Below are positions 24,311 to 34,950 of a stretch of 64,000 nt of DNA, piece after piece. The notes under the pieces are model-generated. The model did not search any database. It was not told where the DNA came from and worked only from the letters and a program-made list of their open reading frames with translations. Positions within the stretch are counted from its first letter, which is position 1. The number at the start of each line of letters is the position of its first letter. This DNA comes from an uncultured Bacteroidales bacterium (GTDB lineage Bacteria > Bacteroidota > Bacteroidia > Bacteroidales > VadinHA17). Location of the stretch: assembly GCA_963828395.1 (NCBI GenBank), contig CAWHED010000010.1, positions 2,355 through 66,354 on the forward strand, written 5' to 3'. Made by a program: the position numbers and the translations under genes.

Positions 24311-25561
24311 GGATCCCGGAGATCAGATTCGTACTTCTTGCAGTCTTCTGTCTTGCACTGGCCTCATGCATCGGTAATGCGCCGGCGGAGCCGCTCATTG
24401 TGGCCGGCGTGGCAGATTCATCAGCATCTTCTGCTGCAACGCCTGATACCGTTAACCTCATCCACGGCATCCCGGTTGATTCTTATAATGTAGTGACAGG
24501 AAGGGTGAAGACGGAACCAGTTTATCTCCTCCATCCTTGCCTCCTATAATGTGCCGTGGAACACCATTGAAGAGCTGCTGAGAGAGAACAGGGGTGTGTT
24601 TGATCCAAGGAAGGTGCGCACCGGAAGCAGTTACTCGGTGTTCCTGACAAAGGACACTGCGAACAGGGCAGATTATTTTATCTATGAACATGACCCCACT
24701 GTCAGTTATATTTTCTCACTGAAGGACACTCTTACCGTTTACAGGTATGATGCTGAAGTGAAGAAAATACTCAGGTATTCATCAGGTTCTATTTCAACCT
24801 CCCTCTGGGAAGCAGCTTTGGAAAACCAGCTCAACCCCAACCTCTCGGCTGAACTTTCAGAGATATATGCATGGACAATAGACTTCTTCGGCCTGCAGCA
24901 GGGAGACAGGTTCAAGGTCATCTATGAGGAGGAATTCATCGGCGAAGAAAGCATCGGCATCAGAAAAATACATGCAGCACTGTTCGAGCACGCAGGTAAC
25001 TCCATATATGCCATACCGTATATCCAGGACAGCACGATGTCGTTCTATGATACCACCGGTGCCAGCCTGCGGAAAGCATTTCTTAAGGCACCACTGCGAT
25101 ATTCACGCATCAGTTCACGCTTCTCAGGGGCAAGATACCATCCTGTTCTTAAGATAGTCAGACCGCATCATGGTGTTGACTATGCTGCCCCGATTGGCAC
25201 GCCGGTAGTATCCATAGGCGACGGCAGGGTGACACAGACAGCATTCGAGAACGGATCCGGAAGGATAGTGCGTGTGACACATAACAGCGTATATTCAACT
25301 GCCTATATGCACCTGTCGCGTTTTGGACCGGGGATATCACCCGGTGTCTATGTGAAACAGGGACAGGTGATCGGATATGTTGGCAGCTCGGGATTATCGA
25401 CCGGTCCCCATCTTGATTTCAGGTTCTACCGTAACGGATCAGCAGTTGATCCGCTGAGGGTGGAAGCCCCGCCTGTGAACCCTGTCGCGCAGGAAGAAAT
25501 GGATGGATTTGAGAAGGTAGCCCGGGGTTATATAAGCCTCTTCGAGACCATAAGCTACTAA
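24308..25561 (+). pseudogene. M23/LytM-family peptidoglycan metallopeptidase (lipoprotein) with one frame break
   Basis: The ATG at 24308 overlaps the leuS stop (ATGA). Signal 'LLAVFCLALASC'. The frame switches near 24511-24516 ('GRVK|NQFISSILASYNVPWN'). Catalytic region 'HHGVDYAAPIGTPV...GSSGLSTGPHLDFRF'. Confidence 0.8.
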
Positions 25562-26133
25562 TCAGGCAGAGTATCAATAACGTTGCTTATCACAGCAGGA
25601 TAATGTTCATATTCAAGGGCATGCACTCTTGAAGCCAGGGCGTCTGCATCATCACCGGGCAATACGGGGCATCTCGCCTGAAAAATAATATCACCGGAGT
25701 CATAGTGCTCATTCACAAAATGAATTGTTATACCGCTCTCTGTGCAATGGGCGTCAAGTACGGCTTTATGCACCCTGTCACCATACATTCCCATGCCTCC
25801 GAAACCGGGCAGAAGAGCAGGATGAATATTGACAATCCTTCCTTTGTAAGCTTCAATTATCTGTGAGGGAACAAGCCATAGAAAACCTGCCAGAACGATC
25901 AGATCAGTGTTTCTCCTTTGCAGGATAAAGAAGACCTCTTCCGTCTCGTAAAACTGTCTCCGGTCGAAAAAAAACACATCAATGCCGAGTGCGGCAGCCC
26001 TTTCCAGTGCCTTAGCCTGAGGCTTGTTCGACAGAACAAGGACAACTTTTGCTTTCTTTTCGTTCGAAAAGTATCTGATTATATTTTCCGCATTTGTTCC
26101 GGCTCCTGAGGCAAAAATGACTATGTTCTTCAT
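25558..26133 (-). CDS. purN: phosphoribosylglycinamide formyltransferase
   Basis: 'IVIFASGAGTNAENI', 'NIHPALLPGFGGMGMYG', 'ESGITIHFVNEHYDSGDII'. The likely ATG is at 26133. Confidence 0.92.
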   Translation of the reverse strand: MKNIVIFASGAGTNAENIIRYFSNEKKAKVVLVLSNKPQAKALERAAALGIDVFFFDRRQFYETEEVFFILQRRNTDLIVLAGFLWLVPSQIIEAYKGRIVNIHPALLPGFGGMGMYGDRVHKAVLDAHCTESGITIHFVNEHYDSGDIIFQARCPVLPGDDADALASRVHALEYEHYPAVISNVIDTLPD

Positions 26134-26318
26134 TGTCTGGTATTTACTATTATAATTTGCATAAGGAGCCATCGCCTCATTTTATAAGTTAAAATATTGA
26201 ATTACTTTGGCTTATATTTGTGCCGATATAAATTTCCGGCAATTTGCTTGAATAATATGGTACAAATATATTTCTTTGCGTAGTTTTTAAAACGAGTATT
26301 AACGTAAAATTGAATAGT

Positions 26319-26555
26319 ATGTCTGACATTTCAACACGGGTAAAAAAGATCATCGTTGAGAAGCTTGGCGTTGACGAAGCAGAGGTTACCACTGAAGCAC
26401 ATTTCACAAATGACCTCGGAGCAGATTCTCTTGACACCGTTGAGCTGATCATGGAATTCGAAAAGGAATTTAATATAGGAATTCCAGATGACCAGGCAGA
26501 AAGTATCAGCACAGTAGGCGAAGCTATTAAGTATATAGAAGAAAACGCAAAGTAG
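26319..26555 (+). CDS. acpP: acyl carrier protein
   Basis: '[17 protein letters not shown]' phosphopantetheine-attachment motif; 78 aa from the ATG at 26319. Confidence 0.95.
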   Translation: MSDISTRVKKIIVEKLGVDEAEVTTEAHFTNDLGADSLDTVELIMEFEKEFNIGIPDDQAESISTVGEAIKYIEENAK

Positions 26556-26575
26556 TTTTCTTCCAATAACCTATA

Positions 26576-27823
26576 ATGAGGCGGGTCGTAGTTACCGGGA
26601 TGGGGGCCCTGACCCCCATCGGCAACACTCTGCAGGATTACTGGAAAGGTCTTGTTGAAGGGGTCAGCGGGGCTGGCCTTATCACTCATTTTGACACCAC
26701 GAAGTTCAAGACGAAATTTGCCTGTGAAGTCAAGGGCTTTGATCCCGCCAGCTTTTTTGACAGAAAGGAAGCCCGCAAAATGGATCGTTACGCCCAGTAT
26801 GCCTTTGTAGCTGCTGACGAAGCGATCAAAGATGCCAAGCTTGATCCCGATGCTGCCGACAAAGACCGTTGTGGTGTAATATGGGCATCAGGTATAGGCG
26901 GAATTGAGACAATCCTCGAAGAAGTGAAAGGGTATGCAATAGGTGATGGAACTCCCCGTTTCAGCCCTTTCTTTATTCCTAAAATGATAAGTGACATTGC
27001 TGCCGGGATGCTATCCATCAAGTATGGCTTCCGGGGTCCCAACTTTGCCACTGTGTCAGCCTGTGCATCCTCAACAAATGCTCTCATAGACGCCTATTAT
27101 TATATTCTCCTCGGAAAAGCTGATCTTTTTATTGCCGGAGGTTCTGAGGCAGCTGTCACTATTCCAGGCGTGGGAGGATTCAATTCGATGCAGGCCCTGT
27201 CAACCAACAATGAAGAGTACGCCACCGCATCGCGTCCGTTCGATGTTACCAGGGATGGCTTCGTCATCGGCGAAGGTGCCGGAGGACTGATTCTGGAGGA
27301 ATATGAGCATGCCAGGGCAAGGGGTGCCAGGATCTATGCTGAAATCATAGGAACAGGTCTGACCGCAGACGCATACCACATCACCGCTCCCCATCCTGAC
27401 GGCATGGGAGCATTCAATGTGATGAAACAGGCTATCCTTGAGGCAAAACTCACACCGGCAGATGTTGATTACGTCAATGTCCACGGTACTTCAACACCTC
27501 TCGGTGACATAGCAGAAACCAAAGCCATTGTATCGGTCTTCGGAGAACATGCTTACACAATGAATATCAGCTCCACCAAATCAATGACCGGACACCTGCT
27601 GGGCGCTGCCGGTGCCATTGAAGCCATTGCGTCAATTATGGCAGTGGTTAATGACATTGTCCCTCCAACTATCAACTTCAGGAACCCTGACCCTGCCATA
27701 GATCAGAATCTGAACCTGACTGTCAACAAGGCACAGCACCGGCCTGTGAAGGTGGCGCTGAGTAATACCTTCGGTTTCGGAGGGCATAATGCCTCGATTT
27801 TGATCAGGAAATTCGAAGAATAG
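26576..27823 (+). CDS. fabF: beta-ketoacyl-ACP synthase II
   Basis: 415 aa; active-site 'ATVSACASS', 'NVHGTSTPLGD', 'NTFGFGGHNASI'. Confidence 0.95.
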   Translation: MRRVVVTGMGALTPIGNTLQDYWKGLVEGVSGAGLITHFDTTKFKTKFACEVKGFDPASFFDRKEARKMDRYAQYAFVAADEAIKDAKLDPDAADKDRCGVIWASGIGGIETILEEVKGYAIGDGTPRFSPFFIPKMISDIAAGMLSIKYGFRGPNFATVSACASSTNALIDAYYYILLGKADLFIAGGSEAAVTIPGVGGFNSMQALSTNNEEYATASRPFDVTRDGFVIGEGAGGLILEEYEHARARGARIYAEIIGTGLTADAYHITAPHPDGMGAFNVMKQAILEAKLTPADVDYVNVHGTSTPLGDIAETKAIVSVFGEHAYTMNISSTKSMTGHLLGAAGAIEAIASIMAVVNDIVPPTINFRNPDPAIDQNLNLTVNKAQHRPVKVALSNTFGFGGHNASILIRKFEE

Positions 27824-28560
27824 TGTTCCTCCTTCGCAGGAAAGAAAACAACACTCTTGTACATGACAGACGTGACTTTCGCTTGCGTCTGAAGAAATTA
27901 CTTGGCCGTAAGCCGTCAAACCTGCGCCTCTATGAAATGGCTTTCATTCACCGATCCGCGTCATACACCCTGCCTGACGGCACCAGGGTAAACAACGAGA
28001 GACTCGAATATCTTGGCGATGCTATTATTGACGGTATTATTTCCGACTATCTTTTCCATCATTACCCTGAGGCATCTGAAGGCCTTCTGACAAAGACCAG
28101 GGCACGCATCGTCAGCAGGGAGACACTCAATCAGCTAGGTATCTCAATGAATCTCGACAACCTGATAGTATCAAACCTGTCGTCAGCAATCACGCCGCCC
28201 AACCTGTTCGGAAACGCTCTCGAAGCACTCATCGGGGCACTTTTTATTGATACCGGATATATCCGTACACGCCGCTTCTTTATTGAGAAAGTCCTGATGA
28301 AGTACCTTAACCTTGATGAAGTGCTGACATCGGAGACTGATTACAAGAGTTCTCATCCTTGAGTATTGCCAGAAAAACAAGCTGAAGCTTCACTATTCGT
28401 TTCAGGAAAGTACTCAGCAGAATAATTCCCATCCCCTGTTCATGGTTACCCTCGAGTTAAACGGTGAGACCATAGCTCATGGTGAAGGAGCATCAAAGAA
28501 AGAAGCCGAACAGGAAGCATCAATGATTGCCTGGAACAAAACCGTAACAGCACAGATATG
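27823..28560 (+). pseudogene. rnc: ribonuclease III with a 1-nt frame break, probably a sequence error
   Basis: ORF 27823-28362 carries 'ERLEYLGDAI'. The dsRNA-binding domain ('LILEYCQKNKLKL...ETIAHGEGASKKEAEQEAS') continues in another frame to the TGA at 28558-28560. There is a surplus base near 28350-28351 ('DYKS|LILEYCQ'). Confidence 0.85.
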
Positions 28561-28986
28561 AGCCCGTCAGGAAAAATAACAAAACACATCATCAAAGCCG
28601 AAGAGACACCTGCGTTCCTGTTCCTGGGAATTGTCTCCACAGAACCGGACTACCGGCTCTCGGTGATGCTGAACAGGCATCTTGGCATCGATCTGCGGAA
28701 AAAGCCGGAAGAGATAACCGAAATCTCAGGTGATAAAACTCATTCCTATTCGGTATTTACAACCGCACCTTTAACATTCTCCCTTATTTCCAACAGGAGC
28801 ATGGGGGGAACGCTTTTAAGGAAACTTAAAAATATAGACTTCCTGCTCCACATACACGGCACGCCTGACAGGAAGCAGGCGGAAAAACTGGCCGCCTCAT
28901 TAAGGAGCATCCCGGAAGTAACGGCAGTATTCCTGTTTGACAGCAGAGATCTCAGCGATAGAAACATCGCTTTGCTGGTATTGTAA
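28558..28986 (+). CDS. IPExxxVDY-family protein (Bacteroidota-specific, function unknown)
   Basis: 142 aa. 'FLFLGIVSTEPDYRLSVMLNRHLGIDL' resembles that family's N-terminal motif. The start overlaps the rnc stop (ATGA). Confidence 0.55.
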   Translation: MSPSGKITKHIIKAEETPAFLFLGIVSTEPDYRLSVMLNRHLGIDLRKKPEEITEISGDKTHSYSVFTTAPLTFSLISNRSMGGTLLRKLKNIDFLLHIHGTPDRKQAEKLAASLRSIPEVTAVFLFDSRDLSDRNIALLVL

Positions 28987-29260
28987 AAGAGGAAGAGGAG
29001 ACAATTTCTTGCCTCCTCTTCAGTGTTAACCCTAAAACTAACCTAACCTATGAAAAAAACTCCAAATCTATTAACACAATTTTCGTGCCATTGGCGATGT
29101 AAATATGGAAGAAATTTCCCGGTTTCTTTCTTAAGGATATGTTATTTTATTGATTTTTAACACTTTTTTAACTTTTATGATACCTGAATTTTTTTTTAAT
29201 AGTTTTTAAAATTCGTTAAATCACTGCATTAAACCCCTTAAGAGTTACTTTTGTCATAAG

Positions 29261-30799
29261 ATGAAGCGTGAGTACACAGTCCTTTTAGCAATCTTTTTCT
29301 TTTTAGCCATTTCGGCATTGGTATTCATCCAGGTCAGGTGGATAAACAGTGTATCCGGCGCTGAAGACCAGGCTTTCAGGTTCGGTGTCAACGATGCGTT
29401 GAAAGAAGTTGTTCTGGAACTTGAAAAAACAGAGACATATAACCGAATAATAAATGAAATTAACCCGGCTCCGCCAGAAGATCCGGAGGATGATTTAAGG
29501 AGTGAGTTGGAAGAACAGTCGGCGGAGGCAAGGCTGCTGGAGAAATATGGCTTCAATCCGGGTGTCATGTCGGTAGTCATAAACAGGGCAGGTCGAACAT
29601 ATCTTCTGCGTTCCGACAGTATACTGTCTGAATTCTCCGTCGGCGACACCGAAACTGAAGCAGTGAGCCTTACCGTCGGTGCCACAACCCGTATGACCAG
29701 TAAGGTTGTATCCATTGAGAACATTGTCAGCCGTATCCTGCATGAGACACCTCCTCTGCGCGACCGGTTCACTTCCGATGAACTTAATCAGCAAATAAGG
29801 AAATCACTTGATGCCGTTGGCATTCACCTTGGCTACGAGTGTGCCGTCAGGGGCGATTTGGGCGGATTAATATACCGGACGCCAGACTATAGTGAGAGGT
29901 CCGGGGCAAACAAATACCTCCGTCAGCTCTTCCCGAATGATCCTGTTCCCGGCAACAACATCCTGTCTATATATTTCCCTGACGAGGAAAAGTATAAATT
30001 CAGCCGTATAGCCTTCATGGCAATCGCTTCAATGCTTATTGCACTCTTACTGATTATCCTCTCTACAAGTACATTCATTGTCATCTTCCGCCAGAAAAAG
30101 CTCTCCGAGATCAAAGGTGACTTCATAAACAATATGACGCACGAGCTGAAAACCCCGATAGCAACCATCTCCCTGGCGTCGCAGATGCTCGCTGATCCTA
30201 AAATTCCGGAGAAATCACGAGACACAAAAGGACTTGCCTTCGTCATCAATGAGGAGAGCAACAGATTGAGGATCCTGGTTGAAAAAGTACTTCAGACCGC
30301 AATTTTTGAAAAGACCAGGATTGAACTGGATAAGAACAAAACGGATATTCACGAAGTGATCCTCAGAGCTGTTGATGCGTTTAAACTGCAGGTTAACGGC
30401 CGTGGCGGAGTGATATCCACCTTCCTTGACGCAGCGGATCCGATGGTGTACATCGATGAACCCAATTTCTTCAATGTCTTCATAAACCTGATCGACAATG
30501 CTCTCAAGTACACCACCCGGGTACCTGAGATCACCATTTCCACCGGAACTTATAACAAGGGAATTACCATTACTGTTTCTGATAATGGCATCGGTATCCC
30601 CAGGGAACATCAGAAGCATATTTTTGAGAGATTCTACAGGGTGCCTTCAGGTAATACCCATAATATTAAAGGATTCGGCCTGGGTCTCAGCTTTGTCAGG
30701 AAAATCGTTGACGAACACAATGGCACGATAAAAGTTGACAGCCAGATCAACAAAGGCACAAGAATAATTATTCATCTTCCAAAAGATCAGCCAAAATGA
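29261..30799 (+). CDS. membrane sensor histidine kinase (two-component)
   Basis: Two TM segments, H-box 'MTHELKTPIATI', 'NLIDNALKYT', 'DNGIGI', 'GFGLGLSFV'. Confidence 0.88.
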   Translation: MKREYTVLLAIFFFLAISALVFIQVRWINSVSGAEDQAFRFGVNDALKEVVLELEKTETYNRIINEINPAPPEDPEDDLRSELEEQSAEARLLEKYGFNPGVMSVVINRAGRTYLLRSDSILSEFSVGDTETEAVSLTVGATTRMTSKVVSIENIVSRILHETPPLRDRFTSDELNQQIRKSLDAVGIHLGYECAVRGDLGGLIYRTPDYSERSGANKYLRQLFPNDPVPGNNILSIYFPDEEKYKFSRIAFMAIASMLIALLLIILSTSTFIVIFRQKKLSEIKGDFINNMTHELKTPIATISLASQMLADPKIPEKSRDTKGLAFVINEESNRLRILVEKVLQTAIFEKTRIELDKNKTDIHEVILRAVDAFKLQVNGRGGVISTFLDAADPMVYIDEPNFFNVFINLIDNALKYTTRVPEITISTGTYNKGITITVSDNGIGIPREHQKHIFERFYRVPSGNTHNIKGFGLGLSFVRKIVDEHNGTIKVDSQINKGTRIIIHLPKDQPK

Positions 30800-31482
30800 A
30801 AAGAGTAGCCATTTTACTTGCTGAGGACGATCCCAATCTGGGTCAGCTGCTGAAAAATTACCTTGTCGTGAAAGAGTACGACCCTGTGTTGGTCACGGAC
30901 GGGGCCCAGGCGCTGAAGCTTTTCAGAAAAAATAAATTCAACATCTGTCTTCTTGATGTGATGATGCCTGAGATGGACGGTTTTACGCTGGCAAAAGAGA
31001 TAAGAGCGATAGACCCGAATATCCCGGTTATCTTCCTCACAGCCAAGAACCTCAAGCAGGATGTTTATGAAGGCTTCAAGTCAGGAGCTGATGATTACCT
31101 GACCAAACCATTTGCAATGGAGGAGCTTGTGTACCGCATAGAAGCCATCCTGCGACGTTCATCCAAACGTGAGTCTGAAGCGCCCATGGATCAGTATATC
31201 ATCGGTGGATTCACTTATGACGTCGTAAAACAGCTCCTGACATTTAAAGGACAGTCACAGAAACTGACTACCAAGGAATCCGAGCTCCTCGAACTGCTAT
31301 GCCGCAACCGTAACCAGGTGCTCGAACGCAACTTTGCCCTTAAGTCGATATGGATTGACGATAACTACTTTAATGCCAGGAGTATGGATGTCTATATCAC
31401 CAAGCTGCGGAAGTACCTAAGCAAGGATCAGCAGGTGGAGATATTAAATATTCACGGTAAGGGATACAAGCTGCTCTGCTAA
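30796..31482 (+). CDS. OmpR-family response regulator transcription factor
   Basis: Receiver 'ILLAEDDPNL...ICLLDVMMPEMDGF' plus a winged-helix output 'LTTKESELLELL...VYITKLRKYL...GKGYKL'. There is a 4-nt overlap with the kinase gene. Confidence 0.92.
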   Translation: MKRVAILLAEDDPNLGQLLKNYLVVKEYDPVLVTDGAQALKLFRKNKFNICLLDVMMPEMDGFTLAKEIRAIDPNIPVIFLTAKNLKQDVYEGFKSGADDYLTKPFAMEELVYRIEAILRRSSKRESEAPMDQYIIGGFTYDVVKQLLTFKGQSQKLTTKESELLELLCRNRNQVLERNFALKSIWIDDNYFNARSMDVYITKLRKYLSKDQQVEILNIHGKGYKLLC

Positions 31483-31517
31483 AAAGATACCCCGCACGAA
31501 AATATCGCACGGGGTAT
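31481..31517 (-). terminator. hairpin plus U-run downstream of lepA
   Basis: On the minus strand, ATACCCCG..CGGGGTAT is followed by CTTTTTAG. Confidence 0.5.
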
Positions 31518-31540
31518 TAGTTCAAAATGTCATTCTCATA

Positions 31541-33328
31541 TCAGTCGAGCTTCAGCACCGCAAGAAAAGCCTGCTGAGGTACCTCCACATTCCCGATCTG
31601 CCTCATCCGTTTCTTACCCTTCTTCTGCTTCTCGAGGAGTTTTCTTTTACGGGTGATATCGCCTCCGTAGCACTTGGCAGTGACATCCTTGCGCACAGCC
31701 TTGACAGTCTCCCGTGCAATGATCTTTGCACCGATTGCTGCCTGGATGGCAATATCAAACTGTTGTCTTGGTATAAGTTCACGCAGTTTCTCACACATCC
31801 TCCTGCCAAAATCATAGGCATGGCCCCGATGGATAAGCGTTGAGAGAGCGTCAACCATCTCGCCGTTAAGCAGTATATCAAGCCTTACAAGATCCGCTTT
31901 CCTGTAATCCGTGATATGATAGTCGAAAGATGCATAACCCTTGGATATGCTCTTCAGCTTGTCATAGAAATCAAACACTATTTCTGACAGTGGCATGTCA
32001 AATGTCACCTCCACCCTGTCGCTTGTCAGGTAAACCTGGTTCTTCATGGTGCCTCTCTTGTCAATACAGAGCTTTAAGATCGGACCAAGATACTCTGATT
32101 TTGAAATGACCTGGGCGTAGATGTACGGCTCCTCTATCTCATCAATGGTGGTTACCGGTGGCATACCCGATGGATTATGCACATCAATGATGTCACCCTT
32201 TGTTGTGAGAACCCTGAATGAAACGTTGGGCACAGTGGTGATGACATCCATATCAAACTCCCTGTCGAGGCGTTCCTGGACAATCTCCATATGCAGCAAA
32301 CCCAGGAAGCCGCAACGGAAACCGAAGCCAAGGGCAGCAGACGATTCCGGGACAAAAGTCAGGGAAGCATCGTTGAGCTGAAGCTTTTCTATTGATGCCC
32401 GGAGATCTTCGTAATCATCGGCATCAACAGGATAAATACCCGCAAAGACCATCGGCTTTACATCTGCAAATCCTGATATCGCCAGCTGGCACGGACGGTC
32501 AACATGAGTTATGGTATCCCCCACCTTAACCTCGACTGAGTTTTTTATTCCTGAAATAATGTATCCTACATCGCCTGCGCTGAGGACAACTCTCGGTTCC
32601 CGTTTTATCTTGAGCACCCCTATCTCATCAGCATCATATTCACTGCCCGTGTTTACAAATTTCACCTTGTCATGTGTATGTACAGTGCCGTTGGCGATTT
32701 TGAAATATGCAATGATGCCCCTGAAGGAGTTGAACACCGAGTCAAAGATGAGTGCCTGCAACGGAGCTTCAGGATCACCCTTGGGAGGGGGTATCTTCGA
32801 GATGATATCTTCCATGATACGGTCAACCCCCATACCTGTACGTGCACTGGCTTCGATGATGTCGTCACGCTTGCACCCGATAAGATCAACTATCTGGTCC
32901 TTGACATCTTCAGGCATGGCGCTGGGAGAATCCATCTTGTTCAGCACGGGTATTATCTCAAGACCGTGCTCAATGGCCATGTAAAGATTGGAGATAGTCT
33001 GCGCCTGGATACCCTGTGTGGCATCAACCACCAGCAGGGCACCTTCACAGGCTGCTATCGACCGTGAAACCTCATACGAGAAATCAACATGCCCCGGGGT
33101 GTCAATGAGATTAAGAAAGTATTTCCTGCCGTCCTGCTCGTAATCCATCTGTATGGCATGACTTTTAATTGTGATGCCCCTTTCCCTCTCAAGATCCATA
33201 TCATCCAGAACCTGGTTCTGGAATTCACGCGCATCAACTGTCTTCGTCTTCTCAAGCAACCTGTCGGCAAGAGTGCTCTTCCCGTGATCAATATGTGCAA
33301 TGATGCAAAAGTTGCGTATGGTATCCAT
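31541..33328 (-). CDS. lepA: elongation factor 4 (translational GTPase LepA)
   Basis: '[20 protein letters not shown]', '[10 protein letters not shown]', and a LepA-specific C-terminal domain. The likely ATG is at 33328. Confidence 0.96.
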   Translation of the reverse strand: MDTIRNFCIIAHIDHGKSTLADRLLEKTKTVDAREFQNQVLDDMDLERERGITIKSHAIQMDYEQDGRKYFLNLIDTPGHVDFSYEVSRSIAACEGALLVVDATQGIQAQTISNLYMAIEHGLEIIPVLNKMDSPSAMPEDVKDQIVDLIGCKRDDIIEASARTGMGVDRIMEDIISKIPPPKGDPEAPLQALIFDSVFNSFRGIIAYFKIANGTVHTHDKVKFVNTGSEYDADEIGVLKIKREPRVVLSAGDVGYIISGIKNSVEVKVGDTITHVDRPCQLAISGFADVKPMVFAGIYPVDADDYEDLRASIEKLQLNDASLTFVPESSAALGFGFRCGFLGLLHMEIVQERLDREFDMDVITTVPNVSFRVLTTKGDIIDVHNPSGMPPVTTIDEIEEPYIYAQVISKSEYLGPILKLCIDKRGTMKNQVYLTSDRVEVTFDMPLSEIVFDFYDKLKSISKGYASFDYHITDYRKADLVRLDILLNGEMVDALSTLIHRGHAYDFGRRMCEKLRELIPRQQFDIAIQAAIGAKIIARETVKAVRKDVTAKCYGGDITRKRKLLEKQKKGKKRMRQIGNVEVPQQAFLAVLKLD

Positions 33329-33451
33329 TTGGCCTGGCCGGTTCATTTCAGGTGCAAATATAGATAATTTGACCCTTTATTTATTGACTCCGGCAGAGGT
33401 TCGCGCTCTGCTCCTTTTTATTTATTTTAGCAGATTACAAAAACAGGTGCT

Positions 33452-34930
33452 ATGATTACCCTGATTGCTGCATTCACTCTTCTAATCCTTGGATATATTT
33501 TCTACGGAAGGATAGCTGAGAGATTTTTTGGGATGGATCCTGCGCGAACAACCCCGGCCTTTTCCAGATCAGATGGCGTTGATTATGTACCTATGAAGGG
33601 ATGGCGTGTATTCATGATACAATTCCTGAACATTGCCGGCCTCGGCCCTATTTTCGGTGCCATCCTGGGAGCCATGTACGGCCCCGTGGTATATATATGG
33701 ATTGTACTTGGGTGCATCTTCATGGGAGCCACTCATGATTATTTCGGCGGAATGCTATCGCTCCGCCTTGGCGGGGCCAGCCTGCCGGAGATGGTGGGAA
33801 CCTACCTGGGGAAAAATATGAGGGCTTTTATGAGGGTCTTTACGCTGTTTCTGCTTGTGTTCGTAGGCGTGGCCTTTGTAAGCGGTCCCGCCAAGTTGCT
33901 TTATACCATGTCCGGCTTCAGCCTGCCGTTCTGGCTGGGCCTCATCTTTCTGTACTACATTCTTGCTACTCTTCTTCCCATTGACAAGATAATAGGCTAT
34001 CTATACCCCTTCTTCGGAGGAGCGTTGATTTTCATGGCCATCGGTATACTGGCAGTCATTGTGGTAAAATGGGCCGGAGGCAGTCTCTCCCTCATGGAGC
34101 TCACCCCGGCCGTAATGAGAAACTTTCAGCCCGATGCCGCCACCAACACTATCTTCCCGTTTCTTTTTATCGTAGTCTCGTGCGGTGCCATTTCAGGATT
34201 TCATGCTACACAATCGCCTCTCATGGCACGGTGCATGAAATCAGAAAAACAGGGAAGGCAGATTTTCTATGGCGCCATGGTTGCTGAAGGCATTGTAGCA
34301 ATAATATGGGCTACTGCTGCCATGAACTATATGGGTGATGTCCATGGACTTAACTACACTCTCACCCATCCGCTGGCAGATAATCCGGCTGTAAGGCCTG
34401 ATCCTGCATGGCTTGTAAACGAAATCTGCAGATCATGGCTTGGAAAAACCGGGGCAATCATTGCAATAATCGGGGTGGTTGCCTGCCCGGTCACTTCCGG
34501 TGACACGGCTTTCAGAAGCGCCAGGCTGACAATAGCTGACATGCTGAAAATTCCTCAGAAAAAGATTTCATCAAGACTTCTTATAACTGTTCCGGTATTT
34601 GCGATTGCTTTTATCCTGACTTTCCTTATGCAGGATGAATTTGCCCGTGTATGGAAATTCGTAGGCATATCAAACCAGACCCTGGCTGCAATAACATGCT
34701 GGACCATAGCCATGTATCTTGCCCTTAACGGGAAGAATCACCTGATGCTGTCGATACCGGCTTTATTTCTTACAGCGGTTTGTATCACATATATACTAAC
34801 TGCGCCTCATTCAGGAGGAGGCCTTGCTTTTCCGCTTCGGGTCTCGCTGGCTGTTGCGGCGGCAGCAACGCTAACCGTATTGGCGGTGTTCCTGATCGCA
34901 GTAAAGAAAAAGAAAAACAAAGGCCGGTAA
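33452..34930 (+). CDS. cstA: carbon starvation protein A (CstA family transporter)
   Basis: 492-aa polytopic protein; 'FLNIAGLGPIFGAILGAMYGP', 'SCGAISGFHATQSPLMARC'. Confidence 0.85.
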   Translation: MITLIAAFTLLILGYIFYGRIAERFFGMDPARTTPAFSRSDGVDYVPMKGWRVFMIQFLNIAGLGPIFGAILGAMYGPVVYIWIVLGCIFMGATHDYFGGMLSLRLGGASLPEMVGTYLGKNMRAFMRVFTLFLLVFVGVAFVSGPAKLLYTMSGFSLPFWLGLIFLYYILATLLPIDKIIGYLYPFFGGALIFMAIGILAVIVVKWAGGSLSLMELTPAVMRNFQPDAATNTIFPFLFIVVSCGAISGFHATQSPLMARCMKSEKQGRQIFYGAMVAEGIVAIIWATAAMNYMGDVHGLNYTLTHPLADNPAVRPDPAWLVNEICRSWLGKTGAIIAIIGVVACPVTSGDTAFRSARLTIADMLKIPQKKISSRLLITVPVFAIAFILTFLMQDEFARVWKFVGISNQTLAAITCWTIAMYLALNGKNHLMLSIPALFLTAVCITYILTAPHSGGGLAFPLRVSLAVAAAATLTVLAVFLIAVKKKKNKGR

Positions 34931-34950
34931 CTGACTCCCGGCACTTACAG

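Noticed and set aside
26189-26689. 166-aa minus-strand ORF
   Set aside because: It spans the acpP promoter, acpP and the fabF start in antisense, with no family resemblance.
29073-29092. Sigma-54-like -24/-12 element (TGGCACGAAAATTGT) on the minus strand
   Set aside because: The -12 element reads TTGT rather than TTGC. The element also points antisense into the 3' end of the plus-strand IPExxxVDY gene, with no minus-strand gene to drive.
29050-29160. 36-aa Cys-containing small ORF (MKKTPNLLTQFSCHWRCKYGRNF...) upstream of the kinase/regulator pair
   Set aside because: It lies in AT-rich spacer with no supporting promoter or terminator signals and no recognisable leader or core architecture. 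It cannot be distinguished from chance without conservation data.
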